Source: Alloascoidea hylecoeti (Eukaryota). Taken from it: a DNA stretch of 64,000 nucleotides. Position numbers and translations under genes: made by a program. The first letter of the stretch is position 1. Each line of letters starts with the position of its first letter. Shown piece after piece: positions 10,650 to 22,544 of this stretch. Below the pieces are notes generated by a model. It worked only from the letters and a program-made list of their open reading frames with translations. It ran no database searches and was not told where the DNA came from. The stretch is from positions 1,832,804 to 1,896,803 of the forward strand of contig BCKZ01000001.1 in the NCBI GenBank assembly GCA_001600815.1. Direction: 5' to 3'.

Positions 10650-13212
10650 TTTTAAAATATCTGTATTGTGTGTTTGTTTTTTGTTTCTTTGAATTTTTTT
10701 CAGGGTATATAATTCTAAACAATAAAAGAAATGAAGAATGAATGAATATAAGAACAAATAAAATAAATCTGTGGAGGGTTATATTTTATTTGAATTCTTG
10801 AAATTTTAGTTGGATTTCAAAGAAAGCGAAAAAAAAGAAAAAAGGCAAGGCTGCTTACTTTTATACTCGTGGATTTTTCCTGCACAAATAATATTAATAT
10901 CTTACTGATCAAGATAAACATTGTGTTGCATGAAATAGTAAACGTTAAATTGACGTTTTTCTGAAACTAAAAAGTCAATGCACCATACTTACGAACGACT
11001 GAATTGTAGTTTGTAGTTTGTATATTGCGACCAGTAGAAGCCCCCGGACTCGAGAAAATGGAAGTCTGTGATTACTCCGTTTGAAGGATGCGCCAAGCAT
11101 TGAAGCAAGAAGGTTGACTGAACTCGGGACTGCGGATGAATTAGGAAAGAGATAACTTGACAAGGTTAAACTCGGTTGTAAAGGACCCGAATCGATTTGG
11201 CCAAGACTGCGAATTCTTATAATTAGTAGGATTCGAACAGATCATGTTTACACCAATAATTATCTACATGTTAGCTACATGTATAACTCTGGCGTAATAT
11301 TGGTGTTATACATACAAATGATATACTAAGTGGGCGGCCAAGCCCTGGCTAACAAAAGAAGAAGTATAAACTTAGCTTGGTGAGCTGGGACACGTGGAGA
11401 GCAAATCAGGTCGGTTCAAGGGTACTGCTTATATAATTATATAGTGTTATCGCCTGTGAAGTTGCATGCCTATAAAAATAATATCAGTGAAATTTCAGAA
11501 ATCGCCATGATGAGATGAGCAATCGGTCACGTGCCAGTAGCCAACTTCTAAATCACCCCCAAACAATCAATGCAGCTTGTGCATAAAAGATAATATACTC
11601 ACACTTGCACCTTCTTATAAATGATTTTTGGTACTTGTTGGGTGTTTTATTTGATACTAATACTAGAGCCAAACCTTCTTCCAACCGCTTGGTTCATCTG
11701 CGGCTGAATTCGGAGGGTTTGGTTTAATAGTTCATTAGTGCATACAATTATAATAATTAAAAAAATGAGACACAATATTTTATCATGATCAAAATCATCC
11801 ATTTAAGGAACTTACATCTCTATTATATGATTGCTACGGTCTGCTGCTTGTAATTAACTTATGAAAGATACCTAAAAAAAGACAAATTTATTTGTTTCTT
11901 CTTTCGCAGAAAATGGAAACTAGTCTCTGGAACAACAGTTTTATAATTAGATACCATTGATCTATACTGCAGTTAACGTAACGTTATGTTTTTTGAATCC
12001 TTTTAATTTTATTTTCTTCTAGACTAGTAACAACAACACAATTTATGATCCGCTATTTATATTATAATAGTATATTATTACAGCCAGTTAACACATAACT
12101 TGAGAAAACTTTCAGAGAACATATAATATAATTTAAACCCGATTTAATTTTTTATCTCTCAGGGGACATTGACGTCCATTGCAAGTATGTATTTCAATTT
12201 TAGGTCTTGGCTGTATACGTTTCATTCGCGAATCCGATCGAAGTAAAATAGAAATTTATAGTCACGTATTCCACCCATAACAGTTTGAATCGACAAACAA
12301 TTCGTTAATAGTTATTGTAGATATCGATACGTTAGAGCAGTCGACAATTGAAATTTGCAAGAGGTCGTGCGACTTTTTGGTGTAACCGTTTCAAACATGG
12401 TCTTTATTACAGCAGTGAATATTAATATTTCGAATTATTTTTAAAGAAATGTTTCGGCTAGTTAAACGAGTCAAATCGTTATCTTAATTATAAGTGATCA
12501 CTCGCTTAGATTGCAAAAATAGAAATTATAATGAAACAAGCGTTAGTACCACCCCATCGTAAATATTAATAATCAGATTGTTATAGCAATAGCAAGATTT
12601 GAAGGTGATCAAAAAGTGTGTGCCAATGATTGCAGCGACTCCTTGGGTATATTATTGTTAATGTTACATGTAGTTCTAACGTACAGATATTCGCCCATGC
12701 TGATTACTAATTATGTACCACTTCAAAGTTCAAACCTCAATTTTCAGCCGCTTTAGGACCCGATGTTGTTCCATATGTATTAACGGGTCATATCGGTAAT
12801 AATGCGGCCGAAAATTGGATATAAGAGTAGCTAATAATTAGTAATCATCACAGCCAAATATTTAGTCTAAATGGTGGTTGAAATTAGGTGAAATCACTGT
12901 ATAAAGTATTCATTTTACATATCCAATTGCGACAATGTCTTGCAATTAATTATTTACACAATCCAACTATAAGATCTTACGTGTATTTCGTTGGTCCAAA
13001 TTTTCATTCTCCAATTGCAATTGTAATCATCCATACACACAGCTGCAAGTTAATCACTTCAAAATTCAAATCTTTATCGATCTTCAAAACAGCTAAAATA
13101 CCCTTTTGTCTTATCTTTCTTGATATTGTTTTAATCTCTTATAATTAAATATTGTGCGTTTATTTTCCTTCTTTAAGTTTATAGCATAGCATATTATCTT
13201 CACATACATCAA

Positions 13213-13926
13213 ATGACAATTTCAAATTTAAATAATGATTATTGGATTTTCGGATATGGATCCTTGATTTACAAACCACCACCACATTATGATATAAGGC
13301 TTCCGGGTTATATTGAAGGTTATATTCGAAGATTTTGGCAATCTTCATCTGATCATAGGGGTACTCCGGAAAGTCCGGGTCGGGTTGTTACTTTAGTGGA
13401 TCAAGAAACATTGGGTAAACTGGGGGTGAAAAATCATGAGCTGGTTGATGGAGACTGTAAAACATGGGGTGTGGCTTATCACATATTGCCAGAGAAGGTA
13501 GAAGAAGTGAAAGAATATCTGGATATTAGAGAGCAAGACGGATATTCTGCTTTGTGGTTACCGTTCCATGCTTATAACACCAAATGTTTAGAAGAAGGTC
13601 AAAATGCAACAAAATTCGATAATAATATCAAAGGTAAAAATACACTTACAACAATCAAGGCTCTAACTTATATTGGAACATCTGATAATCCTTCTTTTCT
13701 TGGTGTTGTCCCAATTGAAGATTTAGCGAAAGTTATCGTTAATTCTCGAGGACCTAGTGGTGAAAATAAAGAGTACCTTTATAAACTCTCAAATTCTTTA
13801 CAAAACTTGATTCCTGGCAAAAATATAAATGCACTAGATCATCATGTTCAGGAATTAACTGAAGCAGTCAAATTATTAGAAGGAAAAGCTGGCATAGATG
13901 GAAATGGTATTGATGATAAAGTTTAG
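13213..13926 (+). CDS. GCG1: ChaC-family glutathione-specific gamma-glutamylcyclotransferase
   Basis: WIFGYGSLI, RRFWQSSSDHRGTPESPGRVVTL, YLDIREQDGY, GPSGENKEYL. Confidence 0.93.
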   Translation: MTISNLNNDYWIFGYGSLIYKPPPHYDIRLPGYIEGYIRRFWQSSSDHRGTPESPGRVVTLVDQETLGKLGVKNHELVDGDCKTWGVAYHILPEKVEEVKEYLDIREQDGYSALWLPFHAYNTKCLEEGQNATKFDNNIKGKNTLTTIKALTYIGTSDNPSFLGVVPIEDLAKVIVNSRGPSGENKEYLYKLSNSLQNLIPGKNINALDHHVQELTEAVKLLEGKAGIDGNGIDDKV

Positions 13927-14202
13927 ACCCTTAACTTAAAATATGGAAAAAATAAAATTATATATGGTTATTATAGGGTTAGTATTTATAAGATATTTTT
14001 ACTCCAGCATTTTACTCGGTTATATATAGATGTATAGATTATAGAAAGTTATAATAATACTATTTATACTTATAATTAATTGTAAAATGCTCAATTGCAA
14101 ATTTTAAACATAAGCAAAAGAACTAGAAATATTAATATATTGAATTCTTTGTCAACATTTTCTAGCTAGTAGTGTATTTACAAATGTAGTCTCTAGATTT
14201 AT

Positions 14203-16695
14203 TTATTTATCTCTCATACCCATCATTCTATAACTATTCAAGTCCGCTTTGGATGGCCAATTGTCAAGATATTTTTCACCATGGTTTTGTAATTCTTTAC
14301 CCATTCCCTCAGGATAAAAATGTAAGAGGGCAGAAAGACATTTCAAATCCGGTTTAAATCCAATTCTATCCCACCAAGGTAATATTTCAAAGAGTTCAGA
14401 GTCATAACCGCTTAACCCTAAAAGACGAATATAAAAATGCCAGAGTTTCCCACTGGGTGATATTTTGAATAAATTCTGCTCATTATTTGGATCTATTGAA
14501 TAATTGGAATCATCGTTTTGGGGGGCTCCTATAACCCAAGTTTTAAACTGAACTACAGCTCTCTGAGTACCATATAAGCCTTCCCAAATACAAGGGTCAT
14601 CTATTTGAAGACTTTTCGTAGCTCCTAGAAGTAATCCAATCAGACATCTCTCATCAGGGATTTTCTGTTTCCCGATGATGTCATTTTTATACAATTTCCA
14701 AACTTCTTGTAAGTTTCCACCTTTATGAACATTTACTTCAGAAATCAATAATGCCGAAGTCATTCCTAGCGATGGATTCTCAATATATGTGTATAATTCC
14801 CTAGCGTTTTCAATTTGATTGATTTTTGGTAACGTTGACAACTGTGATATGATGATTTGCTCCTCAACCACTGAAGTATTTCTCTTTTTTAACCTTAATA
14901 AATCTTTAAGAAATGCACCATCGGTATCATATCTATATTTTATTAATTTAGAGATTGCGAATGCGGGCAATTTCAATTGATTTCCATCCGTTGTTTTATT
15001 AAGAAGGTCTTTAATCATTCCTATAATTTTATCCGCTCGTGTTTTGGTTAATAATCCCAAAGTACTTAATCTATTAATTAATGCAGACCATAATTGTGAT
15101 TGTGTTCTTGGGTGATTGTAAAGCAAATTATTATTCATTAAGGTTTGAAAATAGGACATTAATGCGTTATCTGATTCGCATAATTTCATTTCTAATTCTG
15201 CCAATCGCATGCTAATTGCTAGGTATTTTCGACGTCTTGGAGTAGTTGACGTTAGTGATTTCCCAAGAGGTTTTCTTTCCTCATTTTTTTTCTTAATGAG
15301 ATCTATCATAAACCTAGCTCTGTCCGGGTGTGACTCTAAGAATAAATTAGCTATGGATAATAGTCCTTCTTCATTTAAAGGGATTTGTTCGTCATTTTTA
15401 TATATCTTTTCCCATTGTTCGTTAATTGGTGATATATGAGGACTGTTTTTATCTCCATTTCTGTAATTTTGCTTCATTTTAGATAACAATTGCAATTGAA
15501 TTTCAAGTATCATCTTTTGAGTAAGTTCTGATCGCTCTCCATCAACTCTGTTATATCCTCCTAATTTCCATGATATTTTGTTATAAACCATTTGTGTACG
15601 TAATGATTTTGGACAATTAGCCATGAAAACGCGAACTATCCCTGGTAAACATTCCTCCGCCCATTTATGAGAACTTTCAATTAATTGAAGTGTTGCAGTT
15701 AACATTTGTTTACCATCAAAGCATTGTGCATATGATTTATATGAAAAATATTGTATCACAACGTCCTTCCTTGATTCTGGTTTACGTGTTAACAAATTAT
15801 AAATGATGATAGATGGTGGATTTGGATGTGATTCAACAAAACTTGAAGCTTCGGCGACCGACAATGAAAAAAGTGATTTGATCCAATTTTCAATATCCGT
15901 TGGCTTATAAGATTCATTTTCCTTTTGTAAAATGGTTATACATGTGAGAAAACTCTGTAATACCAATTGATATTCTTCATGGTACTTGTTGAAATCGGTT
16001 AATGATAGATTAAAATATAGTAACAAGCGGTTTATCACTTCATTTAACTCCGCTGTCAATACTGACTTGTTCACTTCACCTAGTCGACTTAAGTGGATAT
16101 TATTTTTATCTGAAAAGCGGTTTAAATTATATTTTAAATCTCTTAATAGTATCTTTCGAGAACTTGGATCAATCCCTCCATTATTGGCCAAAAACAAAAG
16201 ATCCAAAGATTTGAGCACAGAAACTATTGCAATTTCAGCACGCCTGCTTTTAAAATTCGTCATAAATGGTGGATACCTTTTGGTGTCAATTGATTCTGTA
16301 TCTCTTTTACTTACCCAAATCATAAAATCTTGGAAATAATAACTCTCATTACATCTACATTTATATGGTCGTATAGCATCTAATTGTCGTTCATTCTTCA
16401 TTCGTTGTTTTAAATTGTGATGAAATTTGCATTGACCTTCACTTTCAATTATATGAGGGTGCTCGGGAATGAATGGAAACATATTAATCGGAGATTGTTT
16501 CTGTTTCCTAGTGAATTCATTTTTGGTTGTAGGTTTATATGATGTATGAACAGTAGCAGAATTTGAACATTTTCCAGAAAAAAACCTATAGTTGCTATGA
16601 GCATCATTCATATTTTTCAGTAAGTGTTTTAATATAATGATGTTCCGGTTTGGTATCCGGGAAGATAATGATATTCTATAGAGCGAATTTATCAT
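14203..16695 (-). CDS. Uncharacterised 830-aa protein, probably mitochondrial and helical-repeat (PPR-like)
   Basis: Long intact ORF. Basic, Ser-rich N-terminus. The C-terminal segments (GIKPD-like 'GKQKIPDERCL', 'IGFKPDLKCLSALL') resemble degenerate PPR repeats. The product call is inference. Confidence 0.55.
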   Translation of the reverse strand: MINSLYRISLSSRIPNRNIIILKHLLKNMNDAHSNYRFFSGKCSNSATVHTSYKPTTKNEFTRKQKQSPINMFPFIPEHPHIIESEGQCKFHHNLKQRMKNERQLDAIRPYKCRCNESYYFQDFMIWVSKRDTESIDTKRYPPFMTNFKSRRAEIAIVSVLKSLDLLFLANNGGIDPSSRKILLRDLKYNLNRFSDKNNIHLSRLGEVNKSVLTAELNEVINRLLLYFNLSLTDFNKYHEEYQLVLQSFLTCITILQKENESYKPTDIENWIKSLFSLSVAEASSFVESHPNPPSIIIYNLLTRKPESRKDVVIQYFSYKSYAQCFDGKQMLTATLQLIESSHKWAEECLPGIVRVFMANCPKSLRTQMVYNKISWKLGGYNRVDGERSELTQKMILEIQLQLLSKMKQNYRNGDKNSPHISPINEQWEKIYKNDEQIPLNEEGLLSIANLFLESHPDRARFMIDLIKKKNEERKPLGKSLTSTTPRRRKYLAISMRLAELEMKLCESDNALMSYFQTLMNNNLLYNHPRTQSQLWSALINRLSTLGLLTKTRADKIIGMIKDLLNKTTDGNQLKLPAFAISKLIKYRYDTDGAFLKDLLRLKKRNTSVVEEQIIISQLSTLPKINQIENARELYTYIENPSLGMTSALLISEVNVHKGGNLQEVWKLYKNDIIGKQKIPDERCLIGLLLGATKSLQIDDPCIWEGLYGTQRAVVQFKTWVIGAPQNDDSNYSIDPNNEQNLFKISPSGKLWHFYIRLLGLSGYDSELFEILPWWDRIGFKPDLKCLSALLHFYPEGMGKELQNHGEKYLDNWPSKADLNSYRMMGMRDK

Positions 16696-17185
16696 TCATG
16701 AAATTGTAAGTTATTGAGTTTGTGTCTCAACTTCACCATTTAGTAAAAAGCTACCCCAAAACTGAAGTACTAGATTTAATTTATATATACAGCTAATTTT
16801 ATATTTTTTTGATTATTTGTAGCAATATTAATATGTTCAATTATGTTTCAAGGTTACCATAGCGGGGAGAATTGAAATATTCGGTCTTCTTAACTGAAAA
16901 ATGAATCTTTTCTCTACACTATCGGAGTATACCTCAGTACGGGTATGTAGATATCAGCACATTAACTTAATTCGACTAACTCTAGAAACGAGATAGCGAT
17001 TATACGCAAATGTTTCTTTGATTTTTTTATCGGTTTCTTTAATTTTTTAATGAACCAGGAATAAAAAATCAAAGATCATCTAAGCCATTTAAATGTAATA
17101 TTTATTTTTAAAACCTTTTAAAATAGGTACTGATATTGTCTAAACGTATATTTTTATAATTAATAAGCATATACCATTTTGAAAT

Positions 17186-20100
17186 ATGGGAAGAAAATTG
17201 CCGACCCGATATAGAGGGACACAAAAAAATGAATCCAGATCATTATCTAATTTAAATAATCAGACAAGTACTGGTAAACACAATGAACATACGCCAAAGT
17301 TGAAATCTAATATAGATCAGATCAGAGCAAAGAATCTCGCTCCACAATTGAAGTCACTGCTACAAGAACTAGACAAAGAAGAAGCATCAAGACCTCTTAA
17401 AAGAAGAAAAAAAAGAGGGGAGATTATTGAATCTATCCAGTCTCCACAAAGTGATATAAGCTCCATCAAGCTTGACCAGGAAGCGAAAAATGAAGATGAG
17501 GTGAAGAGCGAAAATAAAAGTGAATATGAAGTGAAGAGTGAAAGTGAAAATGATGAATGGGAGGATGTACCAATTATAAAGACCGAGCCAAATTCTAGTA
17601 ATAGAGTAGGATCGAATGAACAGGAATTTAACTTTATGACCAAAGAACAAATGGAGGAAGAAATTGTACTATCAATAGACAAGAAGGATGAGGAACCAAC
17701 AAAATCTTTGAAGTCTAATTTGATATCATCTGAGGAAAAAGAATTACGAAAACAAATACATAAACTTGCACTGCTATGTTTACTTGCACATGTATTCATT
17801 AGAAATAAATGGTGCAATGACTTGGTGATCTGTATGGAGCTAAGAAAGCTTGTTGGCCCAAGTATAAAAGCAGAGTTATTCCCACCTTTATCGACACCTA
17901 AACATTTACGAAAAAGATCATTTTTAGATGGACTGCGGCATGCCATGAACGTTTGGCGAAAGAAATATTTTGACTCTGGTAGATGCTCTTTATATATGAA
18001 ACCATGGTCACAGGTTTATACTGGGGAGGTTTATGGTAAAATAGGGAGGAGAGTGACATTAGAGAGATTTCGTACACTTGTTATTAATCAGAGGGGCTCG
18101 CGCGATATTGGAGCTCAGGGATTTTGTGCCATGCTACGCTCTGTTGGGGTGAATGCTCGGATAGTCTGTTCACTACAACCGCCAGATTTTACCAACAGTA
18201 AAATTGAGGAACCAGAATATTTTCCTTCTAAACAGCCTCATAAATCGGCCACAAAATCAGGAAAGTTACAGAATAATTTGATCTCTAAAATTCGTTCAAA
18301 TTTAAAACAGAAAAAGGATTCTACTTCAAATGTATACATTTCATCTGATGATATCAAATCACTCTATCCAGTATTCTGGGTAGAGGCATGGGATTCAGCA
18401 AGTGAAAGATGGATAACTGTTGATCCTATTGTTCAAAAGATTGTTGAAGATGTAAGGTCAAGGAGTAGGTTAGAACCTCCTTTATCGGATAAATTAAATA
18501 TGCTTCGATATGTTGTAGCTTTTAACACGCAGGGATTTATAAAGGATGTCACTCGTCGATATGCGCAATATTACAATGCAAAAACAAGAAATAAAAGAGT
18601 GACGAAGGATAAAAACGGGCAAGACTGGTGGAATAAAGCATTATCCACTTTCAAGAGTCCTTTTACTACTGATATTGATAAGATTGAAGATGCAGACTTT
18701 TATAATAGAGCGATACAGGAAGGTATGCCAAATAGTATACAGGATTTCAAAGATCATCCAATTTACGTTTTGGAAAGACATTTAAGGAAGAATGAAGTAA
18801 TATATCCCAAAGCTCCATGTGGTACGTTGAATTTAAGAACAAAGGAAAATGTTGTAGAAGTATTCAAACGAGAAAATGTGAAGGCTTTAAAATCAGCCAG
18901 AGCATGGTATATGTTGGGAAGAGTTGTCAAATCAGGAGAGAAGCCATTGAAGATAGTAAATAAGGAGGACATCAAAGATGAATCAGTTACCGAAGCCAAC
19001 CTTCCAAATGAAAATTATATTGGAAATTTATATGCTGCCTTTCAAACTGATTTATATATCCCACCACAAATTATAAATGGTAAGCTGCCAAAGAATAAAT
19101 ATGGATATATTGACATTTATACACCAAATATGGTTCCTAAAGGAGCGACATTTTTACAAAATGCTGACATGTCAGAAGCAGCAAGAATTGTGGGGGTTGA
19201 TTATGTCAGAGTAGTAGTTGGGTTTGAGTATGGAAGAGGCCAATCTACTCCTAAAATAGGTGGAATAATTGTTCTTACTAAATATGAAGAAGCAGTAAGA
19301 ACTATTTATCAGGCTTTAAAAGAAGATGAAATGGAAGAATTAAAGGAAATATCTCGCTTGAAGCTGCTTCTCAAATGGAAGCAATATCTCACTAAACTAA
19401 GAATTGAAGCGAGATTAAATAATGATCACGGTGAGGTTTCCACAATTAGACCAAATGAGATGGACACTCAATCCAGAAAGTCGACAAAGTCTAGAAAAGG
19501 GAAAGAAAAAGCAACTAATGATGATTACAGCAGCAGTGAAAATGAATCAATAGAAATGCCAGATCTATACTCAGACTCGGATATTGAATTTGGGATTGAA
19601 GATGAGCTCGAGGTTGGTGACGATATTCAAGAAGGTGGATTTATTGTTTCAGAATCACGCGCCATAAATGAATATAAATGGGATGCTACGAAAGAATTCG
19701 GAGATGAAAAGGATTTTAAAGTGGATGAGATCGAAGATGGAGATGAAATTGGTGGCGGATTTCTCCCCAACAGTGATAGTGATACTGACACACCAGGTGA
19801 AGGAGGTTTTATTTCTGAATACAACAATGAATCTAGATCTAATGATGGTCATTTAAATATAGGTCGCGATTCTTTGACACCAGATACAGTCAAATTTAAA
19901 GGAAATTCTACGGTAACAAAAGAAAATCTAGTTAAAGATGAAACCTTACAGGAGGATGAAAATGACTTCGATACTATTGTCAGGGGGGATTTTATTGACA
20001 CTGATAGTGATGTGCCAAGTGTGGCAGGAGGTTTTATTCAAGAAGCTGAACTTGATAATAATATAAAAGAGACTGAAGAGGTCGAAGAAGATGATGATCC

Positions 20101-20743
20101 TAAAGATGTTTTGATGGCCAGATCACCAGAAACTTCAAATTTTCAATTCAATGACAATGATGATGACAGCTATGATTCAGAGTTGGAATCACTACCACAT
20201 TTTAGGGTGACAGAAGAAAGCACCGATAATCGGCATAATTTGAACATGCACTATAAAATATACTCACCAATTATAAATCAAACGAAGGCCATTTTAGGGA
20301 CATCAAAAGGTCAGGTAATAAGTATTGAATCAGATGGGAGTAGTGACAGTGAAAATCAAATGGGTGGATTTATCAGAGAGGAAAAAATCATTATACAAGA
20401 AGCCGGTAGTGTTGATCATACTAAATTTGATGAACCTATAATAAACCGTCTCGTGAGTAGTAACAATAAAGAAGCGAGAAACATTGATGATATCATTCAC
20501 GTAGAATCGAATTTTTCTTCAGTTCCTGATGTCGATATGATTTCTAAGGAAAAGAAACTGCTGGATATTTCTCCACATAATGAAATAATCTTTGATAATG
20601 AGAATCGAATCAGCGACCAAAAATCTTCTCAAAGTTTAACCGATTCAGAAATGTTAGATTGGACTGCAGATGGCTTAAACCAAGACCAAAAGGAAGCCAC
20701 TACAGTTGATAACTACGAGTTTGAATACAGTGATTCAGATTAA
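17186..20743 (+). CDS. RAD4: Nucleotide excision repair damage sensor Rad4/XPC
   Basis: Transglutaminase-like domain (GSRDIGAQGFCAMLRSVG, PVFWVEAW, KDVTRRY) and BHD domains (FKDHPIYVLERHL, PKNKYGYID, VVGFEY). Confidence 0.94.
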   Translation: MGRKLPTRYRGTQKNESRSLSNLNNQTSTGKHNEHTPKLKSNIDQIRAKNLAPQLKSLLQELDKEEASRPLKRRKKRGEIIESIQSPQSDISSIKLDQEAKNEDEVKSENKSEYEVKSESENDEWEDVPIIKTEPNSSNRVGSNEQEFNFMTKEQMEEEIVLSIDKKDEEPTKSLKSNLISSEEKELRKQIHKLALLCLLAHVFIRNKWCNDLVICMELRKLVGPSIKAELFPPLSTPKHLRKRSFLDGLRHAMNVWRKKYFDSGRCSLYMKPWSQVYTGEVYGKIGRRVTLERFRTLVINQRGSRDIGAQGFCAMLRSVGVNARIVCSLQPPDFTNSKIEEPEYFPSKQPHKSATKSGKLQNNLISKIRSNLKQKKDSTSNVYISSDDIKSLYPVFWVEAWDSASERWITVDPIVQKIVEDVRSRSRLEPPLSDKLNMLRYVVAFNTQGFIKDVTRRYAQYYNAKTRNKRVTKDKNGQDWWNKALSTFKSPFTTDIDKIEDADFYNRAIQEGMPNSIQDFKDHPIYVLERHLRKNEVIYPKAPCGTLNLRTKENVVEVFKRENVKALKSARAWYMLGRVVKSGEKPLKIVNKEDIKDESVTEANLPNENYIGNLYAAFQTDLYIPPQIINGKLPKNKYGYIDIYTPNMVPKGATFLQNADMSEAARIVGVDYVRVVVGFEYGRGQSTPKIGGIIVLTKYEEAVRTIYQALKEDEMEELKEISRLKLLLKWKQYLTKLRIEARLNNDHGEVSTIRPNEMDTQSRKSTKSRKGKEKATNDDYSSSENESIEMPDLYSDSDIEFGIEDELEVGDDIQEGGFIVSESRAINEYKWDATKEFGDEKDFKVDEIEDGDEIGGGFLPNSDSDTDTPGEGGFISEYNNESRSNDGHLNIGRDSLTPDTVKFKGNSTVTKENLVKDETLQEDENDFDTIVRGDFIDTDSDVPSVAGGFIQEAELDNNIKETEEVEEDDDPKDVLMARSPETSNFQFNDNDDDSYDSELESLPHFRVTEESTDNRHNLNMHYKIYSPIINQTKAILGTSKGQVISIESDGSSDSENQMGGFIREEKIIIQEAGSVDHTKFDEPIINRLVSSNNKEARNIDDIIHVESNFSSVPDVDMISKEKKLLDISPHNEIIFDNENRISDQKSSQSLTDSEMLDWTADGLNQDQKEATTVDNYEFEYSDSD

Positions 20744-21001
20744 CATTTTATAATGAGTATAATATTTAATAGGTATAAAGTTAGAATAATAAACAAAGTA
20801 CGACAGAAACAGAAAAGATGTCTATTATGCAAAAAAGATGAATGAAAAATTTATAAACATGATTGATACATTCGTGATAAAAATCAAAGTAAAATGAAAG
20901 CGTAAATGATAATTATAACAATAATAATATAAATTGAAGATAATGATTAAAAAGAATGCCAGATAAGATAAGAAACGTTTTTCTTAAAAGAAGTTTCAAT
21001 T

Positions 21002-22189
21002 TTATGTTCCAAGAGAATTCTTCATTTTTTGTGACTTCAGCTTAGCTCTTTTCTTTTCTTCTTTCTCTTCTTTCAAGTCTTCCAGTCGACCTAAAACTGT
21101 ACTGCGAGACTCCTCCATCAGTACATCAGTACCATTAGCTTCCATGTCATCACTGTCATAATCATCATATTGATAATCGTCTCTCTTTTTCCCTCTATTA
21201 AAGATGGCCCAAATTTCATCGCGATCATAACCTGGGCCATCATTGTTAAGCTTACGGAGATGTTTCCTAGGACGTTCAACATCCTCCTCTTCATCATCAA
21301 CAATAAAATCATCTGATAAGTCATAATCATCTTCATCATGACGCCTCCTTTTATTTGATTTCTCAAGCTTTGCTGCTAACTTTGGCATTGGTCGACTGAA
21401 GGGAGCTGGTGTAGAGGATACATAAGCATTTTTAGGCTTTGGATATGAATTAGCTATTTTCCTGATGTTATCATTTTTGGACTTTGAAGCTCGAGTTGAA
21501 AGCTTTTTAGTACCTGCTTCTAAATCATTTAATTGAGAAGCATAAAAGTTTGAGGTCAGACCTTTTAATGTATTATTTCTGTTATCACTCGTCACAGATA
21601 CTGATCTATTAGCTGTACTACTTTTTATTCTACTGGATCCGATCTCTCTTCTTTTCTTTTCGATATCTTTTTTGGATCGGACTCTAAATCCCAATTTGAG
21701 TTTATCTTCACGAACAGTTTCTGCTACTTTCATAATATCACTAAATTTGAGTCTTCTGGAATTAAAATTCGAAGATTCAACGAACTTTGTATTATGAGAA
21801 GAGTTTATTACCCTAGTACTAGATCCAGAGCCTTTGGTTGGACGTAAACTAGATTTATTAGCTGTTGATACCGATTTCGACCTTGAAGCTGTGCCATTAT
21901 GGCTATCCATCCTTTTTTTTGTTGGCACTTCTATCTGCTTCGCCTTTTTTAGAGCTTCTTTAGCTGCTTTCTCTTTCATTCTGTGTTCTTTAAGTCTCTG
22001 AACTCTTAGCTTCTGTTCTCTCTGTTCATCAGCGGTTATACATGACAGCTTAATTATCGCTTCCTTAGAACTATTTGCGGAGCCAACATTGCGTAAAAGG
22101 GTCCCCTCAACATTTTCTAAAGTAGTTGCACCGGAACCCGCACCATTATATCTTTGTGTAATTTGGGAAAGCAAACTGGAGACATTCAT
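21002..22189 (-). CDS. SPT2: Chromatin protein / histone chaperone Spt2
   Basis: Probable ATG at 22189 (MNVSSLLSQI). C-terminal SDDFIVDDEE..YDRDEIWAIFNRGKKR..DSDDMEA..EE.RS..ED..EE SPT2 signature. Adjacent to RAD4, as in S. cerevisiae. Confidence 0.88.
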   Translation of the reverse strand: MNVSSLLSQITQRYNGAGSGATTLENVEGTLLRNVGSANSSKEAIIKLSCITADEQREQKLRVQRLKEHRMKEKAAKEALKKAKQIEVPTKKRMDSHNGTASRSKSVSTANKSSLRPTKGSGSSTRVINSSHNTKFVESSNFNSRRLKFSDIMKVAETVREDKLKLGFRVRSKKDIEKKRREIGSSRIKSSTANRSVSVTSDNRNNTLKGLTSNFYASQLNDLEAGTKKLSTRASKSKNDNIRKIANSYPKPKNAYVSSTPAPFSRPMPKLAAKLEKSNKRRRHDEDDYDLSDDFIVDDEEEDVERPRKHLRKLNNDGPGYDRDEIWAIFNRGKKRDDYQYDDYDSDDMEANGTDVLMEESRSTVLGRLEDLKEEKEEKKRAKLKSQKMKNSLGT

Positions 22190-22544
22190 CTGTTTTTTGG
22201 GGTTATTTTTTAAACCACGCCCTACCAGATGGTGAATAGCCAACTGCCAAATGAGGACAGCTAGAGATAGTTTGAAGAAGAAACAACTGCGAAAGTAGCT
22301 TTGTTGTCTCTTTTATACCCATTAAATTTTTGTTCCTCCGTAGGAAAAACATCCTTACATTCTATCACCAATTGGCAATTGCATTATAAGTGTTGTACAT
22401 GTGATTAAAATAATTCTAGATCGGTTTTTGGGCGCACGTGTGTGACGGTTTACCCGGCCTGCCGTACAAATCTCTATGCGCCCAACCGCACACTGTTTAT
22501 TCCACAACTTCAGCAACAACAAATTTTTTATACAGAAAAGTGTT

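Noticed and set aside
10980..11165. ATACTTAC (U1 5'-end-like) and GAAGCCCCCGGAC (RNase MRP CR-I-like) in a GC-richer patch
   Set aside because: Lacks ACTTACCT, an Sm site and a matching CR-V element; more simply the NHA1 promoter.
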